Shown: positions 24,623 through 38,022 of the stretch, piece after piece | Numbering within the stretch: position 1 is the stretch's first letter | Layout: every line of letters begins with the position of its first letter | Assembly (NCBI GenBank): GCA_026936335.1 | Contig: JAPMXV010000042.1 | Coordinates: forward strand, 62,001-126,000 | Length of the DNA: 64,000 nt | Source: Mantamonas sphyraenae STR306 | Lineage: Eukaryota > Protista > CRuMs | Direction of reading: 5' to 3' | Made by a program: the position numbers and the translations under genes | Notes under the pieces: generated by a model | What the model was told of the DNA's origin: nothing | The model's input: the letters and a program-made list of their open reading frames with translations, nothing else | The model's database searches: none

Positions 24623-27600
24623 ATGAAACACCAAAACACAAGTGGGGGAACCCGGCTACAGGCCTTGCAGCGCCATGACTCGCTCGGCAGCCAGGGCAGC
24701 GGAGGCAGCTCGACGAGCAGCGCAGCCTCCGTTCGTCGTCGTCGTCAGCGCTTCCTCGAGCTCGATCTGGATTCCACACTGGACTGGAGTGAGCTGGAAT
24801 TTGATCGCAGCAAGCAAGGATGGTCCAAAGGAACATATGGCGAGCGTGACGTCGCCGTCAAACGCTTGACCACAGGCTCGGGCGAACTCGACTCAGTCCC
24901 GCGAGAGATCAGCACTATGGCGTACGTGTAGTCCACCCACATGCACGTGTGCATATTCCACCTCGTTTCTGTCTGTGGGGTGTGTTCCAAATGTTTGCAA
25001 TATCCATGCCACCACCCTTTCTCGGCTTGGGCCTTTGCTTTCCGCTCGCCCTTCATTCTTCTTCCTTTCCGCCGTGCCGCCTGCCCACGTCCTGTGCGTG
25101 AGCCTCGGCAAGGCGGCCGCTGCATTGGATCTATGTGTCATTGCCTCCCTTCTTGTTGTTTGGGTGACTGCCAACCTCGTGTGCATGCTCTCGCCCGCAG
25201 GACGTCTGATCGGCAACGCGCAAAACCAACCCTCCGTCTCACGCCCGTGTGCTCGCCGTGTCCATGGCCACCACCCCTGTACCTCTCACAGCAACGTGTC
25301 TCATCCCAACATTGTCGAATTTGTTGGCGCCTGCTGCGACGAAGACGACGGCGCCGTTTACATCGTCACTGAGTATCTGCCTGGGAGCGTGCCCCTCTCG
25401 GATCTTGTCACAGAAGAACAACTCGACTGGACGGATATTCTGACGGTCACATCGGACATTGCGTCGGCCATGGCGTACTGCCATGACCTGGATATCATCC
25501 ACAGAGACATTCGTGCTTCCAACATGCTTGTGCAGACGATTCAGGGCATCCGCAAGGTTAAACTGGGCGACTTTGGTACGTGCCGCCCGTTTTCCACCCG
25601 CAATGAGCTTCCTTCCTTCCTTTGCATCGTCCACTCACCCTGAATGCGCCATAAATGCGTACTTCTTTGCGTTGCGTGTCGGGATCATCCGCTCGCACAG
25701 CTCTGGCGCGCACGGACGCCTCCGCAAACGACACAGGCAGCAACCGGAGGCTGACCATGCTGGCAGCAAACCACTCTGGCTCGGAGGCACCCGAAGTGAT
25801 AATGGGCATGGAGTACGGCAAGGAGGCAGATGTGTTTTCGTACGGCATTCTACTTGCCGAACTCATCACGGGCAACAAGGTCGGCGAGGACGACTTTCTG
25901 ATGCGCACCATGCAGAATCAGTTCATGATCGACGAAGACCAGCTACGCGACAGCACGCCTGCACAGTGCCCCGAGCTTCTGCTGGACATTTGCATTGAGT
26001 GCTGCCAGTTTGACGCCTTTATGCGACCGGGCTTCCAAGAGATTCTCGAGCGCCTGGCCAACCTGGGCTCGATGCTCATGCCGCGCTCGCCGCTGCAACA
26101 ACATCCAGCCTGGAACATGGTGCCCTTCCACCAACTTATCTTTGGCAAGATTGTGGGTCGTGGCCAATTCGGCGCCGTGTACAGCGGCCACTACAACGGC
26201 TTGCAAGTGGCCATCAAGGAGATGCTGCTCATCGACGATCCGCACGTAGCACGCTTCCTCGAGCGGGAAGTGGACATCCTGAGCAAAATCAACCATCCAA
26301 ACGTGGTCCAGTTCATCGGAGGCTCGCAAAGCACAGGCGGCAAGCTGTTCATGGTGTTTGAGTTTATGCAGGGCGGCGACTTGCGTGCCACGCTGGATCA
26401 GGATGCAAAGGATCACTCATTGTCCTGGAGCGACCGCATCGGCATCGCCCTGGACGCGGCCCAGGCTCTGGAATACTGTCACAGCAGAGACATCCTGCAC
26501 CGCGACATCAAATCGGACAACCTGCTCGTGGATTCGGTGCAAGACACGCTGAAAACAAAGCTGTGCGACTTTGGCTTTGCACGGCAGGACGTGGAGGACT
26601 CTGCGGCGAGCAATAGGCGCATGACCTTTTGCGGCACAGACGAGTACATGGCGCCCGAGCTTATCATGGGCGAGGAATACGGCAGGGCAGCGGACGTTTT
26701 TAGCTTTGGCGTGGTGCTTGCCGAACTGCTGACCAACCTGCCTCCCAACAGTCCCGGACTGCTGGAACGTCTGCCACAAAACTGCTTTGAGATTGTGGAC
26801 TTTGGCCCGCTGCGAGAGGCCGTTCTGCCAGATGCACCGGTCATGTTTGTGAAGCTGGCCATCATGTGTTTGCAGAGCGAGGTGGACGACCGGCCCGACA
26901 TGACGGAGATTATCGAACTCCTTTGTGAGGCACGCTCAGAATTGGAATCGCGCGAGGGTGACGCAGAGAGCCATGGAGGCTCCACGGGTGAAGGGGGGCA
27001 AGAGGAAGGCGAGGCGACGATGGATGACACGCTGTGGCAAGCCATCCAGCCGGAGGAGCTGGAATTTGACAAGATTGTTGGACGGGGCGAGTTTGGCTCC
27101 GTCTATCGAGGCCATTACAACGGGATGCTGGTGGCCATCAAAGAGATGCTGTTCACGCACCAGCCGGAGTACATGAAGTACGTGGAGCGGGAGATTGCGG
27201 TGCTGTCGACGATTGGCCACCCAAACGTGATCCAGTTCATGGGCGGATGCCGAACGTCGTCGGGCAAGTACTACATGGTGTTTGAGTTTATGGACGGCGG
27301 AGATCTGTCGGATCTGATCGAAGACCGTGGGGACAGCCTGAGCTGGCTGGACATTGTGCGCATGGTTGTGGACATGTCCCTGGCCATCCAATACTGCCAT
27401 GAGCGCAACATCTTGCACAGGGACATCAAGGCGGAAAATATGCTGATTGAAGTGACGAACAACCAACGCAAGGTCAAGGTGTGCGACTTTGGACTGGCGC
27501 GGCAGCAAGAGGCGTTGGGCGTTGGGGCGGAGAGGCACAAGCTGGCTCGTCGCATGACCATGGTGGGCACAGACTCGTACATGGCGCCCGAGGTGATCAT

Positions 27601-30600
27601 GGGAGAGGAGTACGGTGCGCCTGCAGACGTGTTTAGCTTTGGCATGGTGCTGGCGGAGCTATTGGCTGGGAAAATGGCAGGCAACGAGACCGGCTACCTC
27701 AAGCGAGTGCCCATGGACTGCTTTGAGGTGGATCATGAAGAGGTGCGTGCAAACGCACGGCCGGGCTACCCTCCCATCCTGATGGACATGTGCCTGGCGT
27801 CGCTGAACTACGACGCGGACATGCGGCCGACGTTCGACGACATTGTGGAGGCGAGCAAGGAGCTGAGCGCGGAGCTGGAGGCCGAACAGGCGCTGATGGA
27901 CATGGCTGGCAACATGGATGTGCTCACGGGACGTGGATCGACAGTGACAGACGAAGTGTGGAACAGCATCGAGTATGCGGCGCTGGAGTTTGACAAGATT
28001 GTGGGTCGCGGCTCGTTTGGGTCGGTGTACCGCGGCCACTACCAGGGCATGGAAGTGGCCATCAAGGAATTGTTTGTGGATGTGGACACGGTGTCGATGC
28101 AGGACCTGAGTACGGGAGCGCACACATTGACAGAGCTGCAGCATCGCAACATCGTGCACGTGCTGGGTGCTTGCCGCAATAGCGCCGGCAAACACTATCT
28201 CATCACCGAGTTTATGCCCGGCGGCTCTTTGGCGCCCTACACTCAGGGAAAGAAGCGCCTGGACATGCTGGATCTGCTGCGTTTGTCGCTTGAGCTGTGC
28301 CAAGCGCTCGAGTACAGCCACGGACGGCCGGTGCCTGTTTACCACGGCAACCTGCAAGCGCGCAACATTCTGCTGCACAGGGTGGGATCAATGCTGGCGT
28401 TTAAAGTGGGCGACTTTTCCATCCTGCCTGCAGATCTGATCGTGTACATGGCCGAGGACAGCCACAAGGCGCCGGAAAGCATTCTGGAGGGCGAGTGGAG
28501 CGCAGCGGGCGACGTGTACAGCCTGGGATTGCTGTTGCTGGAACTGATTTACGGGCGCGAGTCTGGCGTGGATGGTTTCCTGGGCAGGTCGCCGCGCAAC
28601 GGGTACGACATCGAATGGGACGATTTGCGCGACGAGTTGCCGGAGGAGTGTCCCGAGCTACTGTGGGACCTTGCAGTGCAGTGCTGTGAATACGACCCTG
28701 CGTACCGTCCCACAGCGGCCGAGTTGAAGCCTGCGTTTGCGAAACTGTTTGAGCGGACCAGCGAAGAGCTGGGTGGTGCAGGGACGTCTTTGTCGCTGGC
28801 ACTGTCGTTGTCGGCGTCTGTGTCGAGTGTAGGCGGAGAGAGCACAGAGTCCGGTGGGGACTCGGCGGATGCAACACAAGACAAGGACAGAGAGGGCAGA
28901 GAGGGCACGAGTGCAGGGCTGGGAGTGGACAACCTGGGAGGCACCGTGCAGGTGGACCCGTCGGTGTGGACGACAGTGAGCTTCGACGACCTTGTGTTTG
29001 GGCGAATTGTGGGTAAGGGCGAGTTTGGAAGTGTGTACAGCGGAACGTACAGGAGCCTGGACGTGGCGATCAAGGAGATGTTTTTCATTGATGATCCGGA
29101 GGTGATGAAATACGTGAGCCGAGAAATTGCTGTGATGAGCGTGGTGAGCCATCCCAACGTTGTGCAGTTTCTGGGAGGAGCCACAAGCCCGGAAGGCAAG
29201 CTGTACATTGTGCTGGAGTTTATGAGCGGCGGAGACCTGGGGTCGCTGCTGGGAGAACCGCTGAGCTGGATCACGCGTGTGCTGTTGCTGCTGGACGTGG
29301 CCAACGCGCTGGTGTACTGCCACTCTGTGGAAATCATCCACCGGGACATCAAGCCGGACAATGTGCTGATTGAACAGTACGCAAACGGTGTGTACAAAGC
29401 CAAGCTGTGCGACTTTGGCCTGTCCCGCAGGGAGGAGAGCAGCAGACGCATGACGTACGTGGGCACAGACGCATACATGGCTCCAGAAATCATCATGGAT
29501 GAGGCGTACGGCGCGCACGCTGACGTGTTCAGCTTTGGTGTGCTAATGGCGGAACTGCTCACCGGGAAGAGCACCGCGGACGGGTTTCTTGCGCGGTCGC
29601 CTGCAAAGCTGTTTGACATCGACCAAGAGGAGCTGCATGAAGCGCTGGAAAGTGCAGAGGTGCCGGAGCTGCTGCGTAAAGTGTGCAGCGAGTGCTTGGC
29701 GTACGAGGAAAGAGACCGGCCGGACGCGGAGGGGATGCGGGCACAGTTGCGCGCAGCACTGCAGGCTGAAGAGGAGCGCGAGGCAGCCTCAAGGAGCGAA
29801 GAGGGAGACACGGACAGCATCAGGGGCGCCGCGAGCGATGATGAGGACGAAGATGCGAACGGTGGTGTGCAGAAGCGTGGGACGCTTGCACGCTCCACGT
29901 TGATGCGCGCAATGACGAGCCTGTGGCGGTTCTGGAGCGCCGTGGAATTTGAAGAAGTGCGGTTTGGCAAGGTGATCGGTGGCGGGCAGTTCGGTTGTGT
30001 GTACCAGGGCGAGTGGCAACGAGAAGCGGTGGAGATCCACGAAATGATCCTGGATGCAGAGACAGACGCGATGGGCTTGCTGACGGAACGCATGATTGAG
30101 ATGCAGGACATGACACACGAAAACGTGGAGCGGATTGTGGGTGGAAGCCAGTCGCCAGAAGGGCTGTTGTTTGTACTGTACGAGCAACGTGCGGGAGTGC
30201 ACTTGCAAGAGATACTACGAAATGCTCACTACGCGCTGACGTGGCCACAACGTGTGCAAATTGTGGCAGATGTGTGTGTTGCGCTGGACTACCTTCACGC
30301 ACACGGGCTGACACACGGGCAGCTGCATAGTGCACACGTGACGGTGCGCGGAGTGGAAATGGATGGCAAAGAGAGCGACGAGACTGTGTCGAGCATGCTG
30401 ACAGGGCTGGTGAACGGGAAAGCAGCCACGAAGCGAACCGTCGCGGGAGGTGGCGTGGCGGACGAGGAGCAAGAGGGCAGAGAGAGCGCACGCAAGGGCG
30501 GGCGTGGGAAAAAGGTGCAGGAGCAGGTGTTGGGGATGCAGAACCAAAACGAGTATCTGCAGGAGCTTCTGGACGAGAGCGAGGAGGGGCCAAAGGGAGA

Positions 30601-33096
30601 CGTGTTTGGGCTGGGCATCATTGCGGCAGAGTTGATCAGCGAGATGCCGCTGAGTGCGAAGCTGCTGCGGCGAACGTCGGAAGGACGGATTGTGCTGGAC
30701 GCAGACGCTCTGCGAGAGAGAGCACACGATGATTGCCCGACAGCGTTCTTTGAGTTGTGTGTGCGGTGCTGTGCGAGCCAGGAGGATGTTCGTCCGGATC
30801 TGAAGGAAATTGCGAGCGAGCTTGCAAACCTGGATGTACGCGAGAGCATGGGCCGCGAAAAGCAACTTGTGGAGGAGGCAGAACAGGAGCAACGCGAATG
30901 GCGTGGGGTGCACGAGTCACTGCTTCAATTCCATTGCTGCCTCCTCGAGTGGTGTTTGGCAAGCAAGAGCAGGAGCTGCCTGTGACGACTGGAATGTGCT
31001 ACCGAGACGGATACTACGTGGGCCAACTGCACGACGTGAACGTGTGGCCGCACGGGTTTGGCGAGTTTTTGATGATGCGTGAGGGCAAGCGGCTGGACAC
31101 GGAGACGGTGTTGTCGCAGTTTGGGAGCCGATTCACAGGGTTTTGGCGAGACGGCCAACGGCATGGAATTGGCATGCTCTCGCAGATGGAGTGGGCCGAC
31201 AATAGCAACAGCGGAAACAGCAGCAACAGCAGTGGCGGCGGCGTGTCAGGAGGGAGTGGAGGGAAGCGCAACAACAAGGGAGGACGACGTGGAACCGGAG
31301 TGTCTGGAGTCATTGTGCTGCAGGTGTGGAACAGAGGCACGCTCGTGTTTGAGCAGGTGGTGAGACGCACGTCGAGCAAGGTGCAAGGGCGTTCGAGCAG
31401 CGGGCTGGGTCGCATGGGCCTGTTTTCGCCGTCGTCGTCGTCGTCGTCGTCGTCGTCGCTGTCGTCGTCGGGATCGACCACGGGGAATGGAAGCACGAGC
31501 GCTGACAGCGAGGAGCTGGCAGAAGTGGAGGCGGAGGTGCGTGTGGAGCTGATGCGGATGGAGCAGGAGATGCAGTGGGATGTGACGGGTGGGGAAGGGA
31601 GGTACATGGGCCAATTGGCACAAGGGCAACATGGGGTTGTGAGACGGCAGGGGATGGGAGCGCAAGTGTGGGCCCGTGGCCAAGCAGTGTTCTGGGGCGT
31701 ATGGGAGGCCGATGCACCTGTGCGGGGCTGGTTCAGCTTCAACAAGGGGAAACTGTTTGCGGGAACGCTGGACGCGCTGGGCAAGTTTGTGTTTGGGACG
31801 TACGTGGACGTGAGCGGAGGTGTGCAACAGGCACCGGTGTTGTACAGCGGGCTGTGGTCACGCAAGGAGGCGGTGGCCGCACGGGCAGGTGGAGAAAAGC
31901 AGAAGAAGCTGGAGGACGTGCCTGTGAGTGCCAGCGTGTTGTTGCTTCTGGACAAAGAGGTAGCTGAAGCGCGGGAAGCGAAGCAAAGCATCGAAGAGTT
32001 CTATTCGCAGCTGGCGGGCAAGCGAGGGCGATTGTACCGGCAGCGCAACCTGAACAGTGTGGACGACGACAGTGGGGCGGAGAGTGGCGACGAGAGCTCT
32101 TTGGCGAGTGGATCGCCACGACAGCGGGGAAGCAAAGGAGAGGGGAGCGAGTCGCAAGGCTCGTCGTCGTCGTCGTCGTCGTCGCCGGGGTCGAGTGGAG
32201 GCGAAGGGCGAATGCGAAGCGGGGCAATGTTGCAGCGAAGCCGCCCGATTGTACTGTCGAAGGGAATGGCAGTGGTGAAGAGCGAGCAGCGGCAGTGTGT
32301 GCATCTGCGGATGCAACAGGTGAAAGTGGATGCTACGGCAGAGGAGCAGTTGGAACGAGTGGCGCCAAAGATGACGGGTCACACGTGCATGCTGCCGATG
32401 GAACGTGGTTCGCCGCTGTTGCTTCAGCTGGAATTGAATGGACTGGAAGGGAAGGGCCGCGGGCAACGGCTGCACCAGGTGCAATCGTGCGAACAAGTGC
32501 TGTTGAACCTCCGTCACGAAAGCGTGGCATCGAGGTTGATGAGCATGCGAGGCGGGAGCGCAAGCAGGCGTGGGAGTGCAGACAGTGGGCGCACGAACCG
32601 AAGCCCAGGGAGCATGGGTGGGGTGCGTGGGAGCGGGAGACGGCGAGGACTGGACAAACTGGGCAAAGATGTGTCCAGCACAATGCGAAAGATGATTCAG
32701 GCGAGCGAGGGAACGTGGGTGCCGCTACCGCACAGCTACGAGGTGGTGAACAACGGCGGGGCAGAGAACAGCCTGTGCATAGACGTCCACCTGAACCCGT
32801 ACGAGTTGGCCACGACGCTGCCGGCGTTGGATCCGTTTGGCAAGATGCTCACGCAGTACGTACACGTGAGCCTGGCTGTGCTGATTGTGCTGGAAGGCCA
32901 GAAAGACGCCAGCTGGTGGGTTATCAGCGAAGACTTGCTTCTGGAGGTGAAGAGTGGCGGCAGTGGTGGAAGCAGCGTCGGAGGGAGCAAAGGCAGCGGG
33001 AAGCGCAAGCTGTTTTCGTTCGGATCGAAAAAGAGCAGTGGGAGCAGTGGCTCGAGCGAGTCGTTGGGAGTGTCGTTGGGGTTGCAAAGAGTGTGA
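24623..33096 (+). CDS. Giant TKL (LISK-like) multi-kinase: six tandem kinase/pseudokinase domains plus MORN-like repeats; introns 24922-25291 and 25576-25700; probable frameshift near 30925
   Basis: Repeated GxGxFG/VAIK/HRDIK/DFG/YMAPE blocks; the downstream overlapping ORF has YVGQ..PHGFG, FTGFWRDGQRHGIG, YMGQ..RQGMG repeats. Confidence 0.8.
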
Positions 33097-33345
33097 AGAT
33101 GGATGGACAGACAATGCAAAGAACGGGTCGGGTTTGGTGTTCCGAATCTGGCAGGCCAGGACACATTGACGCGTCTGTTGCACTCGGGTAGCAACTTGTG
33201 TGAACAAAACATGGACCGGATGGCCACGAGGCAGGTGATGGCGTGGATGGGAATGATTGTGGTTCTGCACGAGGTGACCCACAACAACCCTCTCCCTCCC
33301 TCCCCTCCCTGTTCCACAAACGCCGCTTGGGGCACACGACCGATC

Positions 33346-34897
33346 ATGGTCTTGTTGTTTGAGGATCCAACCGTGGATGAGTTTGTCCACCAGGTCCCGC
33401 TGTTGCCAACTGTGTTGAGACTTGCCGGGATGCGAAAATCAAAAGCGTCGCGATCCTACCTGCTCATCGTTCTGGGGTCAATGCTTGCTGTTTCCATCAG
33501 CCTTCCATTCACTCTCAGCGGCCAGTACGAATTTTGGCCATCCTTCCTGGTGTGGCTTCTGGGACTGGTCAATACCTACCAGACGCACTCGCTCGTCGAC
33601 ACCCTGCTGCCAGGCATGACGCACTGGCTCTACCGCACCCGCAAACGAAGCCCATTGCGCGCTGCTCTCGGCCTCCCTTGCACTCCCGCTCCGTTGGCAC
33701 CCGAAACCAGCGCGCCACAGGCGCCTTTGCAGCAAAACTGGGCGCCTGCCAACTCCACAAACACGACGTCGGCCAAAGCTCGTGTGGACAGTCACGAAGC
33801 AACCACGCTCGCCGCAGAAGGTGCTGTGGTCTCTCGTGATGAGCACGAAGGCCATGACGGTGCTGTGTTGCTGTTTGACCCGCTGTGGATGGTCCAGCGG
33901 CAGACGGAGAGTGATTTGCGCTCGACGAAGCTCGGCACGTTTGCCGTCCTCTTTCTCGGCTACAGCATGGTGATTCTAGGAAACTTTCTGATCACTGACA
34001 CGGCTTTGTTTCCGACCCTTTGGCTGGCTCTCAATGCGTACGCGTTGTTTGCTGCCGCTCACCACTTCTTTCTCTTCATTGCTTGCTGGACGGCCTGGGC
34101 GTTGCTGACCACGATGATGCGCGCCCAAATCAACTTTCTGCGCTTCGAGATGCTGGTGACAGTGCGACGGCTGCCCGCTGCCTCGCTGGACCAGCGCATT
34201 GCCTGGCATCGCGCTCTCGCCAAGATGCACACGACCATCAAAGCCAATTTGGATCTGTTCTCCCTTGGCTTCCGCTGGCAAATTGTCAGCTACGTGTCGC
34301 TGGGCGGTCTCTCTGCAGTGCTGAGCCTCCTGCTTGCACTTGTCGACTCCCATGCACAGGTGCTCGTGTACTGGAGCGGCGGCCTGCTGTTGATGGCGCT
34401 TCTGCCGCTCTTTGTGTGCGCGTGGGTGTCGAGCACTTGGCTGGACTTTCGCAACGAAGCCATACCGTACCTGACAGGGTTGGCCATCAGTGTGCCGTTG
34501 GAACAGAGCGAGGCCATGGACGGTGGCGCCTTGATGAGCTTGCAGGAAGAACAGAAACTTCATGCAGAGGAGCAACGATTGCTGCACCGTGGCAAACTGC
34601 GGGACATCGTCTCGCTGGCCACTTCTCCCACAGACCGATTCCTGCGCACACAAGCCATGCATCCCGTGTCCTGGAGAGCACGCAGAACTCGGGGATCCCT
34701 TGGTTGCCGAAAAACGGCAGATTCTGCGCGAAGAACGGCTCATGCTCTTCCACCAAATCAGCGAGGCGTATGTGGGTGTGCGTGTGTTCAACACACCCAT
34801 CACCTTTGCTCTGGTCACGCAGGCCGCGTCGCTGTCGTTCACGGGCCTGCTCATCCTCGGTGGCGAGACCGCAGTGGGCGACATCATCCGCTCGTGA
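33346..34897 (+). CDS. Gustatory-receptor-like 7TM protein (GRL-4), frameshift near 34668
   Basis: Close paralogue of GRL-2: SPLRAALG, INFLRFEML, FRNEAIPYLTGLA, ERLMLFHQISEAYVGVRVFNTPIT. Confidence 0.6.
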
Positions 34898-35010
34898 GGG
34901 TTGATTGGAGAAGGGCAACCACACACCCACACACCCACACAATGTACAATGTTTCATGTCAGCTTCAGTCTGCGCCGGCGCGACCACTTTGCAAGAAAAC
35001 ACCCCCAGCC

Positions 35011-36036
35011 ATGACGACCGTCATTGAAGAAACCTCGATTTTCACCAACTTGGGCAACACGTGGTCCGGCGTGACCCAGTTCGACCAGGACATCAAGCTG
35101 GACGAGTTCCTCACGGCATGCTCAGACATTGTGAGCATCTTTGACGACATGGGAAGCACCCTGTCGCCGGTCAAGAGCGACATGAACGGCAACATCACCG
35201 TATGTTGAGCGTCTTTGGTGCCCACCCTTTCCCCTTGACGGCCTTGTATTGTTCCATGCTGTGCACTAACACCGGTGTACGCTGGCATGGCCGTTCGACT
35301 CGCGCAGAAACTGACCAACTGGATGTCCGAGACCGGCGCCGAGACCGTGTTTGCGCTTGTGCAATCTGAAATCGACGCAAAGTCCACCACCAAGAGCGGC
35401 TCGGCTACGGATGCCCTCCTGTGGCTCAAGCGGTGCGTGCGCGGATTCTTTGATTTTCCCTCTTTTGCCCTTCCCGGGGCCTGCCGCGCGTGTGTGTCCA
35501 CGTGACACTGACCCTCATCCACACCGCCCATGCCCTGCTCCTCTTTTATCTTGTATCACTGTTGTGTGGCTCGATGCGTGTCCACGTACACTACCCTCAC
35601 AGCGCCCTGTCGTTCATCCGTGTGTTCCTCAACCACGTCTCCACCCACCCCGACGAGGAGCTGACCCAGTCGGCTTCTCACGCCTACTCCGAGACTCTGT
35701 CCAAGTACCACGGCTGGGCTGTTCGCCAGGTGTTCAACGTACGTATCGTGTGCACTCTGTTGCTTCCTGCCCATTGCCTTAGGGCCACACCCCTGCCGCC
35801 CGGTCTTTACCACCCTCCCTCCTCCCTGACACGCTCCCATCACACACGCACACGCACGTGCTCCGCAGCTCGCCATGAAGGGTGTTCCCTATCGCAAGGA
35901 CTGGTTTGCCTCGGTGTCTCGCAACGACGCCGACGAGAAGCAGGTCACAGAGGACATTGTCGCCTTCCTGGCCATCTATGAGCCGTACCTGGACAACATC
36001 AACAAGTTCTACGACGACAACAGCCTGGACAAGTAA
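35011..36036 (+). CDS. GLTP: Glycolipid transfer protein (4 exons)
   Basis: PVKSDMNGNI, SATDALLWLKR/AL, AYSETLSKYHGW, PYRKD. Confidence 0.9.
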
Positions 36037-36946
36037 AATGGACAAGGTTTCCGTGCTGTTGTGGTTGTTCATTCGCTGCTCGTGCTCTCGCTGCTCATGT
36101 GCAGCGTGTACGGGTCCACATTGGGCACAATCACCTCTTGTTGCATGCCCTTCTTCTGTTTGCGGCCTTCCGACCTCCTGTGTGGGTGTACGTGGGACGT
36201 CCGTATGCCCTGTCAGCCGTGAGCTCCACCCGCCTCACATGCCTCTTCTCCACTCTGCGCCCTGTCCGCCTCTGCTTCCTTTCCAACCTACCAGTGCTGG
36301 TTCACCTTTTGCGGCTCTGCCCACCTCTCTTTCCTGTTGGCCCCGTGTTGTGTTGCCCGCCGCCGCCCCGTCGTCTGTGTCAGAAAGAGCGGGAGACGCA
36401 GGATGCAGGCTTCCACCGGCCCGTTTCCGCGAGCGACTTTCCAGCCCTCGCCACACCCCACACCGGCACTCTGCACATCGACACACACACTCATGCGTCT
36501 CCAACGTCACATCTCCGGCCCCTCACGTGCACGTGCGGGTGTTTCCGGCCATCTGCAAGCCGTGCGCAACGCTACAGCCTTGGCGCTCCCTCTCCTCGGC
36601 CTTGGCCTTTGCTCCGTCCCTCCTTCCGCGCGCAACTTACAGCTCCTCGCAACGTGCTTGCACATCGCGCGTACGCTGGTCCTGCTTCGCATCACGCTCC
36701 ACAGGATCCTCCATCAGACTGGCGACAAAGCTGGCAATCGACATGTTGGCCCCCGTTCGTTTGCAGTGCCTTACGCAACGCGACCTCCGCACCCCCCATC
36801 TGGAATCCAAGTGATTGTGACCAAAGCGAAACGCATTGCCAACCACCCAACATGCATTTCCCTGTTCGTTTGCAAACCACCCTCCGCATGCCATTCCCGC
36901 ACCAGGGGTGTTTCGTCCGTGTCCCGTGTGTGTGTGCCGTGTTCCC

Positions 36947-38022
36947 TCACCCACTGCTCCCAAACAGAAACCTGTTCACTGCACGCATGTTCTCCTCGGC
37001 CATGGCGTTGGCTGCGTCTGCGCCATCGTCCAGAACCTGCTCCAGGTATGCCCTGTCGCCAAGCAGTCGCTCGATCTCTTGTCCCACAGGCACCACCTGC
37101 TCCACCACCAGCTGAGCCAGCGCATCCTTAAACTCCTTTGTGGATGCCTCTTCAAATGCGGCCGCCACCTGGTCCAGCTCCAGTCCCTGCATTGCTCCAT
37201 ACAGGCCTAGCAGGTTGGCCATCGCGGGCCGTTCCTCGAGATTTCCCTCCCCAATCCGCAGCGCGTCCGTCTTTGCCTTTCGGATCTTGGCCGCAATGGT
37301 GTCGGCACTGTCCGTCAGGTTTATCCTGTCGCTGTCCCTGGGATTCGACTTGCCCATTTTGCTCGTCTCGTCCCCCAGACTCATCACACGAGCGTGCTTG
37401 TTCGTCAGCGCCACAGGCTCGGGATACGCAAGTTCTTCCGGAAGCTGGGCATTGAACCCGCGTGCCACCTCCCGACTCAGTTCCAGGTGCTGCAGTTGGT
37501 CCTCGCCCACGGGCACGTGCGTGGCACGGAACAGCAAGATGTCCGCTGCCTGCAGCACAGGGTATGCAAACAGGCCCAGCGTTCCACCTGACTTGCTCTC
37601 TGATGCCTTGCTCTTGAACTGCGTCATGTTTGACAACCGTCCCAGCGGCGTGAAGCAGTTCAGCAGCCATGCAAGCTGTGAATGTCCCGCCACTCGGCTC
37701 TGTTGGTACACCACGCTCTTCTCGGGCGAGATTCCATTGGCAAGCATCGATGCTGTAATCAAGTGCACGTTGTGCTGCAGATCCTTCGGCTTAAGGCCCT
37801 TTGGCGTCGTGATCGCGTGCAGGTCCACGACGCAAAACAACACCCCTGTCCGTTCGCCTCCATTGGCCGCCTCTTCATCCTGCAACTCTCTCCATGCGTC
37901 CAACGCACCCAATTTGTTGCCAAGTGCACACTGCCCGTCGGTTGGATTCCAGAAAACACGCGTCTGCGGAACATCGCTTGCGACCTGCGAATGGCTGCCG
38001 CCCGCGGCGCAAGCTTCTTCAT
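36947..38022 (-). CDS. WARS2: Mitochondrial (bacterial-type) tryptophanyl-tRNA synthetase, frameshift near 37922
   Basis: RVFSGIQPTGSVHL/GN.LGA, VDLHAIT, YPVLQAADILL, VPVGEDQLQHLEL, KMGKS. Confidence 0.92.

Noticed and set aside
28549-30111. Long antisense ORFs (also 42519-44813, 47277-49145, 37140-38669)
   Set aside because: Shadow ORFs opposite real genes, expected from high GC and codon bias
36050-36760. Possible small minus-strand gene starting MSIASFVASLMEDP
   Set aside because: Could not build a consistent exon model or recognise any domain
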